Shown here piece by piece: positions 23,808-36,305 of a stretch of 64,000 nt of DNA. The notes under the pieces were generated by a model. It searched no databases, was not told the origin of the DNA, and saw nothing but the letters and a program-made list of their open reading frames with translations. The DNA lies in contig NC_043012.1 in the NCBI RefSeq assembly GCF_006345805.1, forward strand, positions 40,114,001 to 40,178,000, read 5' to 3'. Each line of letters opens with the position of its first letter. The first letter of the stretch is position 1. The position numbers and the translations under genes were made by a program. The stretch comes from Octopus sinensis (Eukaryota).

Positions 23808-24141
23808 ACCCACCCATGTGTGTGTGATTGTACATATATAAAAGTGTACATATGTTCAAACATATATACAGGCTCACAGATATAAATGCATATATACACA
23901 CTTACACATGTATATATATATATATATTATATATATATATATACACACAGATATGTGTGTAGGTGTGTATATATATATGTGTGTGTGTATGTATGTATGT
24001 ATGTATGCATATATTTATATATATATATATATATATGTTTGTATATATATATATATGTATATATACGTGTGTCTGTACATATGTATGTGTGTGTGTATAT
24101 GTATTAATATATATGTATGTATGTATATATGTATGCATGCA

Positions 24142-24200
<59 letters not shown>

Positions 24201-24210
24201 GTATGTACAT
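23635..24210. repeat. TA/TG/TATG compound microsatellite
   Basis: Directly visible. Confidence 0.9.
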
Positions 24211-25134
24211 TCTAACATCTGAGAAAATATTGAATGTTATATGTTCCTATGTTTGTAAACAACGATTTGAGATGAAAACCGCTACAATGAACCCATTCAC
24301 AGGAAGCGAACCGTAATATCAATTATTTTCCTGTAAAGAAGAAACGGTTTGGATCCTCATCATGGGCTCTGTGGCTGTTGTTCAATATGAAATTGTTGTA
24401 AAGAAAAGTATATGAAACACACATACACGCATACACACATGCACACACTCACACAGATTCATATAAATATATGTGTTTGTGTATAGGTTTGTGCTTGTGT
24501 GTACTTTTTCAATTGGATGGCTACACTTATACATGTCTAACTATATGTGTGTGTGTGTTTATCTTGGATCTGTGTATGATTTGGATGTGTGTGAGTGTTT
24601 TGGACGTGTGTGTGTCTCGGATGTGTGTGTGTACATGCATGCATATATATAATTGCATATAGTCTCAAGTGTGTATGTAGAGAGAGAGAGAGTAATATAT
24701 TTGTGTTTGAGTGTGTGTGTGTGCGCGAATATGTAAGTATATGCATATATTGATATATCCGTGTGTGTGTGTGTGTGTGTGTGTGCAAGTGCTGTATGTG
24801 TGCATATTAATACTTGATTTCTATCATGTTATGTAGAATCTTAGCATTCAGTTTCAAAATTCCTATCAACTATGGATCTCTTGAATGACAAAAAACTCAC
24901 CTATGTATCCTTAAATATAGAGAAGAAACCTTATTCACTTTTGATTGAAGCATCCTGGACTTTGTCATAAATATTACAGGTAACACATTATCCAGTACAA
25001 CCGATCAGATAGTCACCAAGGAATCTTCGTCCTGCAAGAACTCTAAAAGGGCAAAAATGGATACCTTCAAAAATAACAAATGAAACCAGCTAAGGGCAGA
25101 CGTCTTTCTACCAATAGAACACAAAAACACAGAA

Positions 25135-25335
25135 ATGTTGGCACCACATAAAAAGCACTTTGCACACTTTGTAAAATGGTTGGCATTAGGAAGGGCATCC
25201 AGCCATAGAAAGCACCATGTCCAAAACAGACAACTGGAGCTTGGTGTAGCCTTCAAGCTTGCCATCTCTAGTCAAACTGTCCAACCCGTGCCAGCATGGA
25301 AAGCAGACGTTAAACAATGATGATGATGATGATGG
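25135..25335 (+). mobile_element. Family C retroposon 3' module
   Basis: GGAAGGGCATCCAGCCATAGAAA...GACGTTAAACAATGATGATG. Confidence 0.8.
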
Positions 25336-25879
25336 GGAAAAAGGAAGAGGAGGATTTGAGAGGTAAATGTGTTCCCTGTAAGACTACTTGGCAGTGATGG
25401 GCACCTACTTTTTGTCTGAATACCTGATTGAAGGATGCCAATAGAAAAAGAGCCGGTTTCTAACCTGATGATAAATTTTTTCTTTTTTTTTTTTATAATT
25501 GTTCCTGCCAATGTTGGGCCATCAGAAAGGAATGGGTTCTCTCTGAAAGATAAATTCAACTTCACATAGAGGAATGCAGAATCACAAGACAACTGTTTTC
25601 CCAAAAGCCATTGTTGTCATAGCAACAATCTGAGAAACACATGAGTCTGTGGCTGCTTCTGTAGTTTCCTACTTGGTTAAGATGCACAGCAGGTGCACGA
25701 TAAGCTGTGGCTGTTGCAGTTCTCTTGCCACCTGCCATGTTCCAGGCAGCAGCACTTCTCCAGTCGACCACATAGCAGCATCCTTTAACAAGTGCCATCA
25801 TTGTCTGAGAGACAGTCGTAATTGGACATGACATGATTTCCACTTCACAGACATATACAGATGTGTGCGCATACATGCA

Positions 25880-25917
<38 letters not shown>

Positions 25918-25922
25918 AATAT

Positions 25923-26325
25923 AGGCACAGGAGTGGCTGTGTGGTAAGAAGCTTGCTTCCCAACCATGTAGTTCCGGGTTCAGTCTCATTGCGTGGCACC
26001 TTGGGCAAGTGTCATATACTATAGCCTCAAGTCAACTAAAGCCTTGTGAGTGGATTTGGTAGACAGAAACTGAAAGAAGCCTGTCGTATATATGTATATA
26101 TATATATATATCTATGTGTGTGTGTGTCTATATTTGTCCCCTCATCAACAGTTGACAACAGGTGTTGGCATGTTTACATCCCCATAACTTAGCAGTTTGC
26201 CGAAAGAAACCGATGGAATAAAAACCAGACTTAAAAAATAAGCACATTCGACTAAATATTCAAGCCAGTGCTCCAGCATGGCCGCAGTCTAATGACTGAA
26301 ACAGGTAACATATAAAGATAAAAGA
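25923..26325 (+). mobile_element. Family A SINE
   Basis: Full-length. Confidence 0.9.
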
Positions 26326-26332
26326 TATATGG

Positions 26333-26774
26333 GTACAGGCGTGGCTGAGTTGTAAGAAGCTTGCTTCCCAACCACATGGTTCCAGGTTCAGTCCCACAGC
26401 ATGGCACCTTAGGCAAGGGTCTTCTACTATAGCCTCAGGCCAACCAAAGCCTTGTGAGGGGATTTGGTAGACAGAAACTGAAAGAAACCTGTTGTGTGTG
26501 TGTGTGTGTGTGTGTATGTGTGTGTGTGTATATATATATATGTGTGTGTGTGTGTGTATGTATATGTATAAATTTGTGTGTGTCCCCACTATCGATTGAC
26601 AACTGATGTTGGTGTGTTTGCACCCCCATAACTTAGTGGTTTAACAAAAAAGAATGATAGAATAAGTACTAGGCTTACAAAGAATAAATCCTGGGGTAAA
26701 TTTCTCTGACTAAAGGTGGTGCTCCAGCATGGCCACAGTCAGATGGCTCAAACAAGTAAAAGAATAAGAGAATA
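26333..26774 (+). mobile_element. Family A SINE, head-to-tail with the previous copy
   Basis: Full-length and independently diverged. Confidence 0.9.
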
Positions 26775-26894
26775 TATAATTATATTTTTTCTTTTGCTTT
26801 TTGCAGACAGAGTAATAATTTTGAACATAGTATAGCCATGGAAACAATAGAAAGATTGGGTATTTTGCCCTTAATGTAATGGCAAAAGTTGCCA

Positions 26895-26968
26895 GCAGAC
26901 AGCCATGGGACTTGAACCCGCACCCCACAGATGATGGCTGAGTACTCAAACAATTAAGCTAAACCGCT
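26895..26968 (-). pseudogene. tRNA-like relic (tRNA pseudogene or head of another SINE)
   Basis: Minus strand GCGGTTTAGCTTAATTGTTTGAGTACTCAGCCATCATCTGTGGGGGTGCGGGTTCAAGTCCCATGGCTG has A- and B-box spacing; the acceptor stem does not pair well. Confidence 0.5.
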
Positions 26969-27082
26969 CACTGACAACAACCTCCATCCAATTAAACTCT
27001 AAATATTATAGCTTCTTTTGTGGAATGCAACATGTATAAACAAACTATTTTTTTCTTGTCTGTGAAATATCTATCTATTATC

Positions 27083-27113
<31 letters not shown>

Positions 27114-27924
27114 GTATTAATAAAGATATATGTAGATATACAGACAGACAGGCAGATAGATAGGTATTAGTTTAGCTATTAACAGGTTAAACATTTGCAT
27201 AAACAATATTAAGTGGGGCAAACATTTATATAAACAAAGAATTTAAGATTCAAAATGTTTAGCAAGCAATAAAACACATAATTTGGTTTATCTCTGTCAG
27301 TTTGATGTTTATATTTAATTTCTGTTTGTGTTGAATTTATACATACTCGTTCACAAACATATGCCAGGATATGCCAATAATTATTTCTATGTGAATGTTT
27401 GTTATTTTATATACTTTTATTTATATGTGTATGTTTGGCTATATATATACATATCAAAATAATGACTTCCTCTTTAAGAGGATGTGTGTTTGAACAGGTT
27501 TAATGAAAGTACTCACACACTAGAAAAAAACTTCTTCCCAAAAGCAGTAGGTAACATCCTGATAAAAGATTTCATAACATTTTTTTTTTAAATAATTATC
27601 TTTTAAAAATCACCTTTACACTTCAAAAACTGTATTAAGTAATCCTCATAGACTTTCAAATAATTATAAATATATATATATATATATTGCACAGATGTTT
27701 AAACAAGAAGATGTGTTTCTCTCTCTCTCTCTCTCTCTATGTTTTCTCTTTCCAAAAAAAAACCGTTTCTCCCAGCATTCACTATTTTCCTCCCCTTCTG
27801 GTCTAACGACCCTCCATGTTTGTTTTCATTAGATTTCCTTGTATGTCTCCACTGACATTTTTTGTTCCCAACTTTGACCCTCCAAAAATCCTAAATTTTA
27901 TTTTAGAATTTATGGGAGCAAGTG

Positions 27925-28070
27925 TCTTTGAAGGCTCATATTATCGTTGAATGCTCGAAATGAGGAGTAGATAGACAGCCGACAACTGATGAAGGGTCCT
28001 TTCTCTGTGTTAACTTGTTCTGTTTTCCATTTTTTCGTTCTTTATATATTTCACTTGTTTATTATATACA
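27925..28070 (+). mobile_element. Possible Penelope-like terminal repeat fragment
   Basis: CpG-retaining island with GCTCGAAA and CTGATGAAGG boxes followed by a T-rich tail; family not confirmed. Confidence 0.3.
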
Positions 28071-28410
28071 TGAAGCAGAATCTAAAGAGATATTACATTT
28101 GCATTGGCAAAATTGTATTTTTGGGAATAAAATTATAATTCTTTAATTTGTAGAGATTTAATGTCTGGGTGGGGGAGGTGACAAGTTTTGTTCCTTATTC
28201 TTCTGAAAGGAAGCTTGAAATATTTCTCTTGTCTGAAGAAGGAACATTGCACAAAATATTAGAAACTGACCCTCACAATGGCATACCTACTTTAGCAATT
28301 CTATCTTTGTGCATGTGTGAGTATACATGTCTGTATGTATGTTCTTGGTTTTATTATCAAGACATCAAACAGGGTACCTGTATAAATGTTCGAACATATG
28401 TTTATGTATC

Positions 28411-28620
28411 ACTGTATTAACCAGACTATCAGATGGTCACAATGCAACTCTTAGTTTTATTGATTGCACCATTCTTTTCTATCTTGGTCCAAGACATTTA
28501 ATTAAATTGTCTTCCCATCATGACAGAGGCCCTCCAAGTGGCCTTTTCAAATCTCTTGGACACCATTTCAGACCTATGGTCCCACAAATGCTAGCAAAGC
28601 CGATGAAATGGAAGAATTCT
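28411..28620 (-). mobile_element. RTE-type LINE 3' end (second family, RTE2)
   Basis: LKWCPRDLKRPLGGPLS*WEDNLIKCLGPR*KRMVQS; homologous to 58448-58610. Confidence 0.75.
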
Positions 28621-28792
28621 AACAAGAGTTAGAGGAAGCAATAGGCCACAAATTTACTTAAGCTGTAGTGAAGAAAGATCACAATAAAAGGGTTGAAAAG
28701 GGATGGCAGGGAGAGAAATGCTGAAAAGTTTGGATTGTATCAGGAGAGAGAAATGAAAGAGGAGAATGCTATGCATATATATATATATCTTA

Positions 28793-28965
28793 GGAAGTTA
28801 AATGTTGTGGCCAGCCATAGAGTGACCATTGGTTTCACACTTAGCAATATAGGTGACTCATTAGATTCAAATGGCTGAAGGCAAGATGCGTCGCCAATAC
28901 TGCTAAGCGCTTTATAAGTGTGAGACCAATGGTCACTCTATAACCTACTATAACGTTTAACTTCC
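28793..28965. mobile_element. TA-flanked MITE with ~55-bp TIRs
   Basis: TA|GGAAGTTAAA..AGAGTGACCATTGGTTTCACACTTA and TAAGTGTGAGACCAATGGTCACTCT..TTTAACTTCC|TA. Confidence 0.8.
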
Positions 28966-28976
28966 TAAAAAATATA

Positions 28977-29097
28977 CTCTTTTCTACACTAGGCACAAGG
29001 CCTGAAATTTGGGGGGAGGGGCCAGTCAATTAGATTGACCCCAGTACACAGCTGGTACTTTATCGGCTCCGAAAGGATGAACGGCAAAGTCAACCTC
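28977..29097 (-). mobile_element. Family B SINE, 3' part
   Basis: AGGCACAAGGCCTGAAATTTGGG..GAAAGGATGAACGGCAAAGTCAACCTC. Confidence 0.8.
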
Positions 29098-29214
29098 CTA
29101 AAGCATATATTACTGCTCTCATGTTTTAAAGTGTATTTCTCTTTTGGATATATGAACTACTGACAACAAAGGTATGTATGCATATATGAATATATGTATG
29201 TACCTATGTTTGTA

Positions 29215-30110
29215 TGTTGTTATTCAGTTTTATCTCAAGATTTCTTGCCAATAGAGAAAGAGCCGGTTTCTAACCTAGATCCAGGGTTCCTGCATTAGAG
29301 TTTTAACAACATCAACAGGGTATTTGCGTCTACCGGTGGCATGTAAAAAGCACCATCCAAACATGGTCAGTGCAAGCCCTCTCTGGCACGTGTTCCGGTG
29401 GCACATAAAAAAGCCCCCACTACACTCTCAGAGTGGTTGACATTAGGAAGGGCATCCAGCTCTAGAAATACTACTAGATCAGACTGGAGCCTGGTGCAGC
29501 CTCCTGGCTTCCCAGACTCCAGTTGAACTGTCCAACCCATGCCAGCATGGAAAACCGATGATAAACGATAATGATGATGATGATGTGTGCAATATTTGCT
29601 GCTAGCTTTGTTTTATGTCTGTAATCCCACGCAGATGGCTGCCTGTCTAGACATACTTAAATGCTAAACTTCTGGAGAGTTTTACAAATTTTGACAGTTC
29701 CATTGATGGCTTCAATCTGTAATCTTCTAATTAACTTTCTATGTATGTATGTATGTATGTGTGTCAGTCAGTCAGTCATTGTTCAGTTTTATTTCCAGGT
29801 TTCTTGCCAATAGTGAAAGAGCCAGTTTCTAACCTAGATCCATGTCTCCTTCATTGGAATTTCAACATCAACATAAGGTTTTTTTTGTTTGTATGTATGT
29901 TTTATGTATGTTTATGTGCAGATTTGTATGTTTTGTTTTATGTATGTATTCTCATGCATATGCTTACATATCAAGACATGCTCATATATACCTAAATGGT
30001 AAACTTTTGGAAAGTTTTACAGATTTTTACAGTTCCAGTGATGGGTTGGATCTGCAATCTTCGAATTAGCTTTCTTCTTTCTGGTTTTGAGAAGCCTAAT
30101 TTCTCAAGAT
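29215..30110 (+). repeat. Tandem ~300-335 bp unit containing (TATG)n
   Basis: TTCAGTTTTAT..TTCTTGCCAATAG..AGCC.GTTTCTAACCTAGATCC at 29223 and 29782; TAAATG.TAAACTT.TGG..AGTTTTACA at 29655 and 29990; a solo piece at about 25437. Confidence 0.7.
29328..29585 (+). mobile_element. Family C retroposon 3' module inserted in the tandem repeat
   Basis: Two GGTGGCA..AAAA units, V-like box and (GAT)n tail. Confidence 0.85.
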
Positions 30111-30210
30111 TGGTATTTAGGCAGTGTGTTACATATCCCAGAACTCCAATAATTACAGGTATAATCCTGAACTTGTAATCTGGATAGAGTAACTATATAT
30201 GTATATCTTG

Positions 30211-30265
30211 GGAAGTTAAATGTTATGGCCAGTCATCGAGTGACCATTGGTTTTGCACCTATAAA
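30211..30265 (+). mobile_element. Single arm of the 28793 MITE family
   Basis: GGAAGTTAAATGTTATGGCCAGTCATCGAGTGACCATTGGTTT. Confidence 0.6.
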
Positions 30266-30461
30266 ACATTTAGTAGTGTAGGTCAGTGCTACTCAGAGTG
30301 GTGGTCCGTGCGAGCCATTAGCTGCTAGTATGCAGCAAGTTTCCAGAAAAGAAAGAAACATTAGGAAATGCTTATAAAACGCTTACGTAATATTGTTATT
30401 TGTTTACAAAATAAATATAAAATAAAAGAAATTGCCAACTTTTATTATATTCATTATATAT

Positions 30462-30687
30462 AGGCATAGGAGTGGCTGTGTGGTAAGTAGCTTGCTTACC
30501 AACCACATGGTTCCAGGTTCAGCCCCACTGTGTGGCACCTTGGGCAAGTGTCTTCTACTATAGCCTCGGGCCGACCAAAGCCTTGTGAGTGGATTTGGTA
30601 AACGGAAACTGAAAGAAGCCCATTGTAAGGCTGTGCTCCAGCATAGCCACAGTCAAATGACTGAAACAAGTAAAAGAGTTAAAAGAG
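30462..30687 (+). mobile_element. Family A SINE, internally deleted
   Basis: Head and core joined directly to the terminal ~55 bp of the tail; microsatellite and mid-tail absent. Confidence 0.85.
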
Positions 30688-30739
30688 TATATCATTTCTA
30701 GTATAAATTAATATTACTAAAAAATATTACCGGTCCCGG

Positions 30740-30795
30740 ACACATTGGGAAAAAAAACTGCCAGTACACCACATCAGATAGTTTGAGAAGCACTG
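30740..30795. mobile_element. hAT/Charlie-like MITE end
   Basis: GTTTGAGAAGCACTG followed by GTCTAGGT (NTCTAGAN-like target); the other end was not found. Confidence 0.35.
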
Positions 30796-31507
30796 GTCTA
30801 GGTGACCCCTCAAACTCAAATGGCTGAAAGCATGACAAGTTGTCTATACTATGTGTGTATTTGTGTGCGTCTGAGTACATACACCATGTAATACAGTGTC
30901 TCTTGCTGTCTAATGGTACCGTTTGGTTTATTGTAATGTTGCATGTTACAGGGAAATGAGGTGTAGTATGATGTATAGTTTTGTATTGCAAGGAAATGTA
31001 GTTTGGTGCAATACGGTACATTATAGTGCAGTTTGGTGCTCTGTTATCTGCTTGCATTGCTGCGTTTAGTCCTTACACAGTTTTATCCGATACTGTATGG
31101 AACTGGTTGTTTCTGTCCATTGTAGTAAAAAACAGCAGGAAGATTAAACCATCAATGGTACCCCAATGACCTCCACGCTTTACACTAGCAAATCTCCTTA
31201 AACGTCATCTGTCATCTCAATTCATTTTCGAATGTAAATTAACCTTATGAATTATACATAAGAAATAGCAGCATTAATAATTTCTTTTTTTTTTGTAAAA
31301 AATTATCATAATCATAGAATATTTTCTGTATTTATTCCATTGTTTCTCCATAATATTATCATTATTATTATTATCATTATTATCATTATTATTATTATCA
31401 TTATTATACCTTTAACAACAGGATGCTGTTCAGGCTCACAGAATAAACTAGAGCAAGTAAGACTGAAAGCTCTTCGGGGTAAAATAATAATAATAATGAT
31501 GATGCGT

Positions 31508-31790
31508 TTCTTTATTGACTACATGAGCTCATAAATGACTGTGCCACAAATAGACTCATTGGGAAATATGTGAAGACGTGCATTATACATGTCTACGTGT
31601 CTAATAAAAAGGCTGTGACAAAATAACATGTTACAATATATTGAAACAGGTACGCAAGACAAATAAAAATAGATCTCAAAAATAACCTCCCTTCACATAG
31701 GTTTGAGAAGGCACCACCAATCTGGGATCATGGAACTCCATCATCTGATCACCTTCCACTCAAATATGTTCCCCAGATTTCATCTTGAGT
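31508..31790 (-). mobile_element. Probable L1/Tx1-like LINE 3' UTR
   Basis: Minus strand ends ...GTAGTCAATAAAGAAA (polyA signal) against a (GAT)n/(AAT)n tract; clade assignment tentative. Confidence 0.35.
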
Positions 31791-32870
31791 AATCTAGTTC
31801 CTCGCTGAGTCATATGAAGTCAGCATATGTTCTGAGCTGAGCTGCCTCAGTCTTTCTTTGGACCCTTTATCAGGTCTTTAACCATTCATCCTCATCTGCC
31901 TCTGCTAGGTACTAATTTCACATCTCTCTTCAGTGCAGTAATTAGTCTGTCGTTTACACAAGATATGATTAAAGTAGGTAGGCAAAGGCTCCTTGGATCC
32001 CTATAGTTTAGGCATTTCGGATCCTTGTAAGAGTTTTTCCAGCCTCTGTTGTATGGGTTCACTTTTTTTTGCTCCCTCTTTTTACTGAGCACAGCCAATG
32101 TTCCTACTCTTCTTCACTCCCTACAACCTTAAATCAAAGAAGTGTTTCTGCTCTTTGTAGCTTCTGGTCAATCCTCCATTTGTTGGTTGTCATCGGCCCC
32201 TGGTGCCAATGGTGCTGAAGATGAGAGCAACCTTGCTTTCAGTATGGTTATGCCTGAAGCCATGATCAGAATGTTAGCAGCAATCATGTTATTCTCAGCT
32301 CTAATTTTAGTAGTGATGCAGCCCCTGAAATTGTTTTCTGTGCTGTTGGTCCTACTCCTGCTTTGGTGCACCAACTGTAGGGGTTACTTCTGTTCCACTG
32401 CCACCTGTCATCCTCCTTTTCCCTTTGCTTCACCTTCTCCTCTGGTTGGAGAGAAAATCGTCAGCTGACCTTTACAACCTCGCATCTGCCAACTAGGCTG
32501 CCATTAACTGCGAATTTCATTCAGTGCTTGCCTGCTCCTTTAATGGGATACAGTTGCAAGATAGCTTTGTGATCTTCAGTGGTTATAAGGTCTTAAAAGT
32601 TCAGACAGATTCTCCACAATAGGGGCGGGGGGGGGGGTTATACCGAATTAAATAGGGACATGAACAATGAAGATATGTTAATAAATAACAATAAATAGTA
32701 TTAAAAGTAAAACAACATGGAATACTACAAAAGAGGTGGGGACAGCCACATACAGCTCTTTGGGGGCAGGCCACATACAACCCTGGTTAACTCAGATACA
32801 CAAAGGCAAGTGGGGTTTTTTTTCATTACATAACAATGATGAAGCCCATTTAGTCTCACTAATTTCATTG

Positions 32871-33146
32871 TTGTGTACATACATCAATGACTGATGCATC
32901 TGGACACATCTTCAATGATGTGCCTGGTAACATCGGTGGGGGGGAGTCAGGTCTTTCAACATCATACACCCTCCTCCAGGTGATCCAGCTGAGGCTGATC
33001 AGATTCCAGCTTGTGTCCAGATGGCCAGCTAGCTACCCTGTGGCTCTCTCTCCTCTTTTGATCCACAGCCATCTTGAGGCCCGATGATACCAGACGCATT
33101 ACGGAAGATGTGTCCACATGCATCAGTCATTGATGTACGTACACAA
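32871..33146. repeat. 66-bp inverted repeat with 144-bp spacer
   Basis: 32871-32936 vs 33081-33146; the outer 43 bp have 2 mismatches. Confidence 0.85.
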
Positions 33147-34199
33147 GGAACACTTCTGAGTTATCAGTGACAGCCAGGAAAGACTGGAAGACAACCATGA
33201 AGAGAATGGTGGCTACTGGAGAGTCAGTGACTGCCTGGAGAGACGGCAACCGAGCAGAACAGGCTGGCAACCCAATCCGTGTCCTCTGAGAAGAGGACCC
33301 CCAGAATAAGCATCGATGAGTGTCACTGATTTTACCTACTCAAAATTTACAGCCTGGCAGCACTCCTTTCCTCTCTTTATTCTCACCTTCTTCTTCAAAT
33401 TGTATTCAAGGAAACTGATGTAGGCATCAGCTAAAACCAAATGCTCTGTCCTTAAACCTTTAAACAGTTTCCACCACACAGCTTCCTTTGCAATATCCTA
33501 CTGATAAAGACAAAGACATTTCACTCTTCCAATCGATTTTTATCACATCAACTGTTTGACATGAATCAGCAACAAGCAGAAACGGAACAAATACTCACTG
33601 GTTTCATCCCACCCCACTGAACACACAACAGAGAGGCTTAATCTTTAACAGCTTTAAGAGTTCCAAATCGGTAAAGTTTACCTCGAGCAGACAAATCATG
33701 TCCTCCCTTGTGACACTGCCAGTCTAAAGAATTTTGGAAATTGTCCATAATTCCTGTTCTGAAATTTTCTCAGACAAGACAACACAAACTGTGTTGTTGC
33801 CCCACACCAGAATTCCTCTCAAGTCATTAGTGCACATATCCACCTGTTGCCCCTCAACAGCAGCAATTCAAAACCCTTTTTCCCACTTTTGGCACATTGG
33901 ATGATACCTTAAACATTTTATGGTGCACCATCAGATTTTTTTAAAGTATTTTTTAAAAACTAGGTGCAGTAATTTTGTTTTTAATGGTCTGAATATTGCC
34001 TTTTCCCACAAAACAAAACATGAAAATTGGTGGCACACTCCCTGACAACATGGAGTACAGGAATGTGTCACGGTACAGTGTTTCAAAACTTCATCTCTAT
34101 TCAGAGTTGAATTGCCACAAACAATGTTGTCCAACTGATACGAGAAATAATAATGATGATGATGATGATGATGATGATAATAATAATAGTAAGTAAAGA

Positions 34200-34381
34200 T
34201 ATAGGGAAACGAAGGAGCTTGGAATAGAATGCTCAATAGAGCTCCAACAGAAAGTTTGTCTCTTAGGGAAAACAAGCATTGTCAAGACTACTGAAAACTT
34301 GTGGATACTTAAGGTTACATGTAGTAACCTGCTACCCACATAAATCCTACCAGGAATAAGAGCAAACCTGAGCCAAACTAA

Positions 34382-34412
<31 letters not shown>
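34200..34412 (+). mobile_element. R4/Dong-like LINE 3' end
   Basis: KELGIECSIELQQKVCLLGKTSIVK matches the C-terminal QKxxLLGTAxIxR motif; bounded by (AAT)n on both sides. Confidence 0.65.
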
Positions 34413-34416
<4 letters not shown>

Positions 34417-34417
34417 T

Positions 34418-34575
34418 GATCCTTTCTACTATAGGCACAGGGTCTGAAATTTGGGGGAAGGGGCTATTCAATTTCAACAAGCCTCAGTACTCAAATGGTA
34501 CTTATTTCATCAACCCCAAAAGGATGAAAGGCAAATATGACCTTGGCAGAATTTGAACTCAGAATGTAAGGACAA
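34418..34575 (-). mobile_element. Family B SINE
   Basis: CCTTTCTACTATAGGCACAG..GGATGAAAGGCAAA..GAATTTGAACTCAGAA. Confidence 0.8.
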
Positions 34576-34634
34576 ACGAAATGCTCAATGCAGTGTGCTA
34601 AAGCTACTTGACCAAAAGAAAATTCTAACTGGGC

Positions 34635-34835
34635 CCCACCTGCAAGGTCATGTGCTGTTTATCTTGATATGAGATCACCATGTCACACACATATGGTTGT
34701 GATGCATGTGCCTGGTGTACCCTCATCAGACGGGTAGTCATGATGGGTATATTGGGCTTCGTATATTTTACCCCAGTGTCACTTTGATGGCATGAACTGC
34801 TCTCTCACTCAATAATAATAATAATAATAATAATA
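34635..34835 (+). mobile_element. Retroposon 3' tail ending in (AAT)n (family unassigned)
   Basis: Well-preserved 200-bp unit ending TCTCTCACTC(AAT)n; single copy in the window. Confidence 0.4.
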
Positions 34836-34839
34836 ATAT

Positions 34840-35045
34840 TTTCTACAAAAGGTACAAGGCCTGAAATTTGATGGGTGAAGATTAGTCGATTACCTCGACC
34901 CCAGTGCATAACTGGTACTTACTTCCTCGACCCCCAAAAGGATGAAAGGTAAAGTCGACCTCAGCAAAATTTGAACTCAGAACGTAAAGACAGACAAAAT
35001 GCCACTAACATTTTGCCCAGCAGCCTAACAATTCTGTCAGCTCAT
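34840..35045 (-). mobile_element. Family B SINE
   Basis: Near full-length reverse copy. Confidence 0.85.
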
Positions 35046-35049
35046 ACAC

Positions 35050-35650
35050 GACGACGACTATAATAATATAATTACAATGATGGTTATAATTTGGATATTT
35101 GCCACAAGGACAACACATAAGGGACAATACGAAATAGAAGTTTCAAATAAGGAACTCTTCTATTGATTACTATAATAATAATTTCTGACGAAAGGGAGTA
35201 GGATGGTGATGATGATGATGATGGTTATTATGGGTATTGTAGTGATAATGATGGTGGTGGTGGTGGTGGTGGTGGTGACAATGATTATAATAAAGATGAT
35301 GTTGATGGTAGGGATGACGATATCATCACCATCATCAGTATCATAATCATGATCATAATCATGATTGGATAGTGCAATGATGAGGAGGAGGAGGGGGAAG
35401 AGAAACAGGATGGGGTTGGCGGTTGGTGGTGGGAATGACACTATTGATATAAAACAGAAACAATAATTAATAACAATAATAATAATAACAATAATAATAA
35501 TAATAATAATAATGATAATAGTAATATTAATAATAAAGAGAACAAATTACTTTTTAAAAGTATTATAAATGATAACACATAATAAGAATTATAAAGACGG
35601 AAAGAATGCAAGAGGAGGAGGAGGAGGAGGAAAAGAAGAAAAATGTTTCC
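35050..35650. repeat. (GAT)n/(GGT)n/(AAT)n/(GAG)n trinucleotide complex
   Basis: Directly visible. Confidence 0.85.
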
Positions 35651-36164
35651 AAAATGCAAATAATAAGATTAAATAAGAATAATTAATTGAGATGAATAAA
35701 TAGGAAGGTAAAAAAAGAAAATTGAACAAAAAGATAAATATTTAAATATTTAAAACACAACACAAACATAAGCGCAACAAAAAACAACAAAAAATAGAGA
35801 AAAAAAAGGAAGTATAAAATGAGAAAAATAGGAAAAACTTTGCTAACGAAACAAAATGTCGAGATCTTAATTCATGTGGGTTGTTTTTTCTTGTTTTCTT
35901 TGTTTTTTTTCCATTTTCTTTGTCCTCAAAACAAATTTCTTTATTTTATATTAATGAAGAAGTGAGTGTTTCTTGCATTTAATTAATCATATTTGAGTAG
36001 GAATTTTTTTTCGTCTTCAATTTTTTTGTTTTGTTTTTGGTGGTAGGGATGTTTTTTTTTTCTTTTCTAACAAAAACAGAATGAAACATTGGCCAGTGTT
36101 TCATTAAAAACATAATTCCAAAAATTTCCAAATATTCATCAGTTGTATTAAACTATTTTCATAA

Positions 36165-36305
<141 letters not shown>

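Noticed and set aside
26895-26968. Functional tRNA gene
   Set aside because: The boxes are present but the acceptor and anticodon stems do not pair properly; kept only as a relic.
31892-32098. NPYNRGWKN motif reminiscent of DHHC palmitoyltransferase C-termini
   Set aside because: A short match with no splice sites or other DHHC features; it lies next to a probable LINE 3' UTR.
33590-33930. Fairly open minus-strand frame with a TAG acceptor and GTGAGT donor
   Set aside because: An in-frame TGA precedes the donor and the peptide is unrecognisable.
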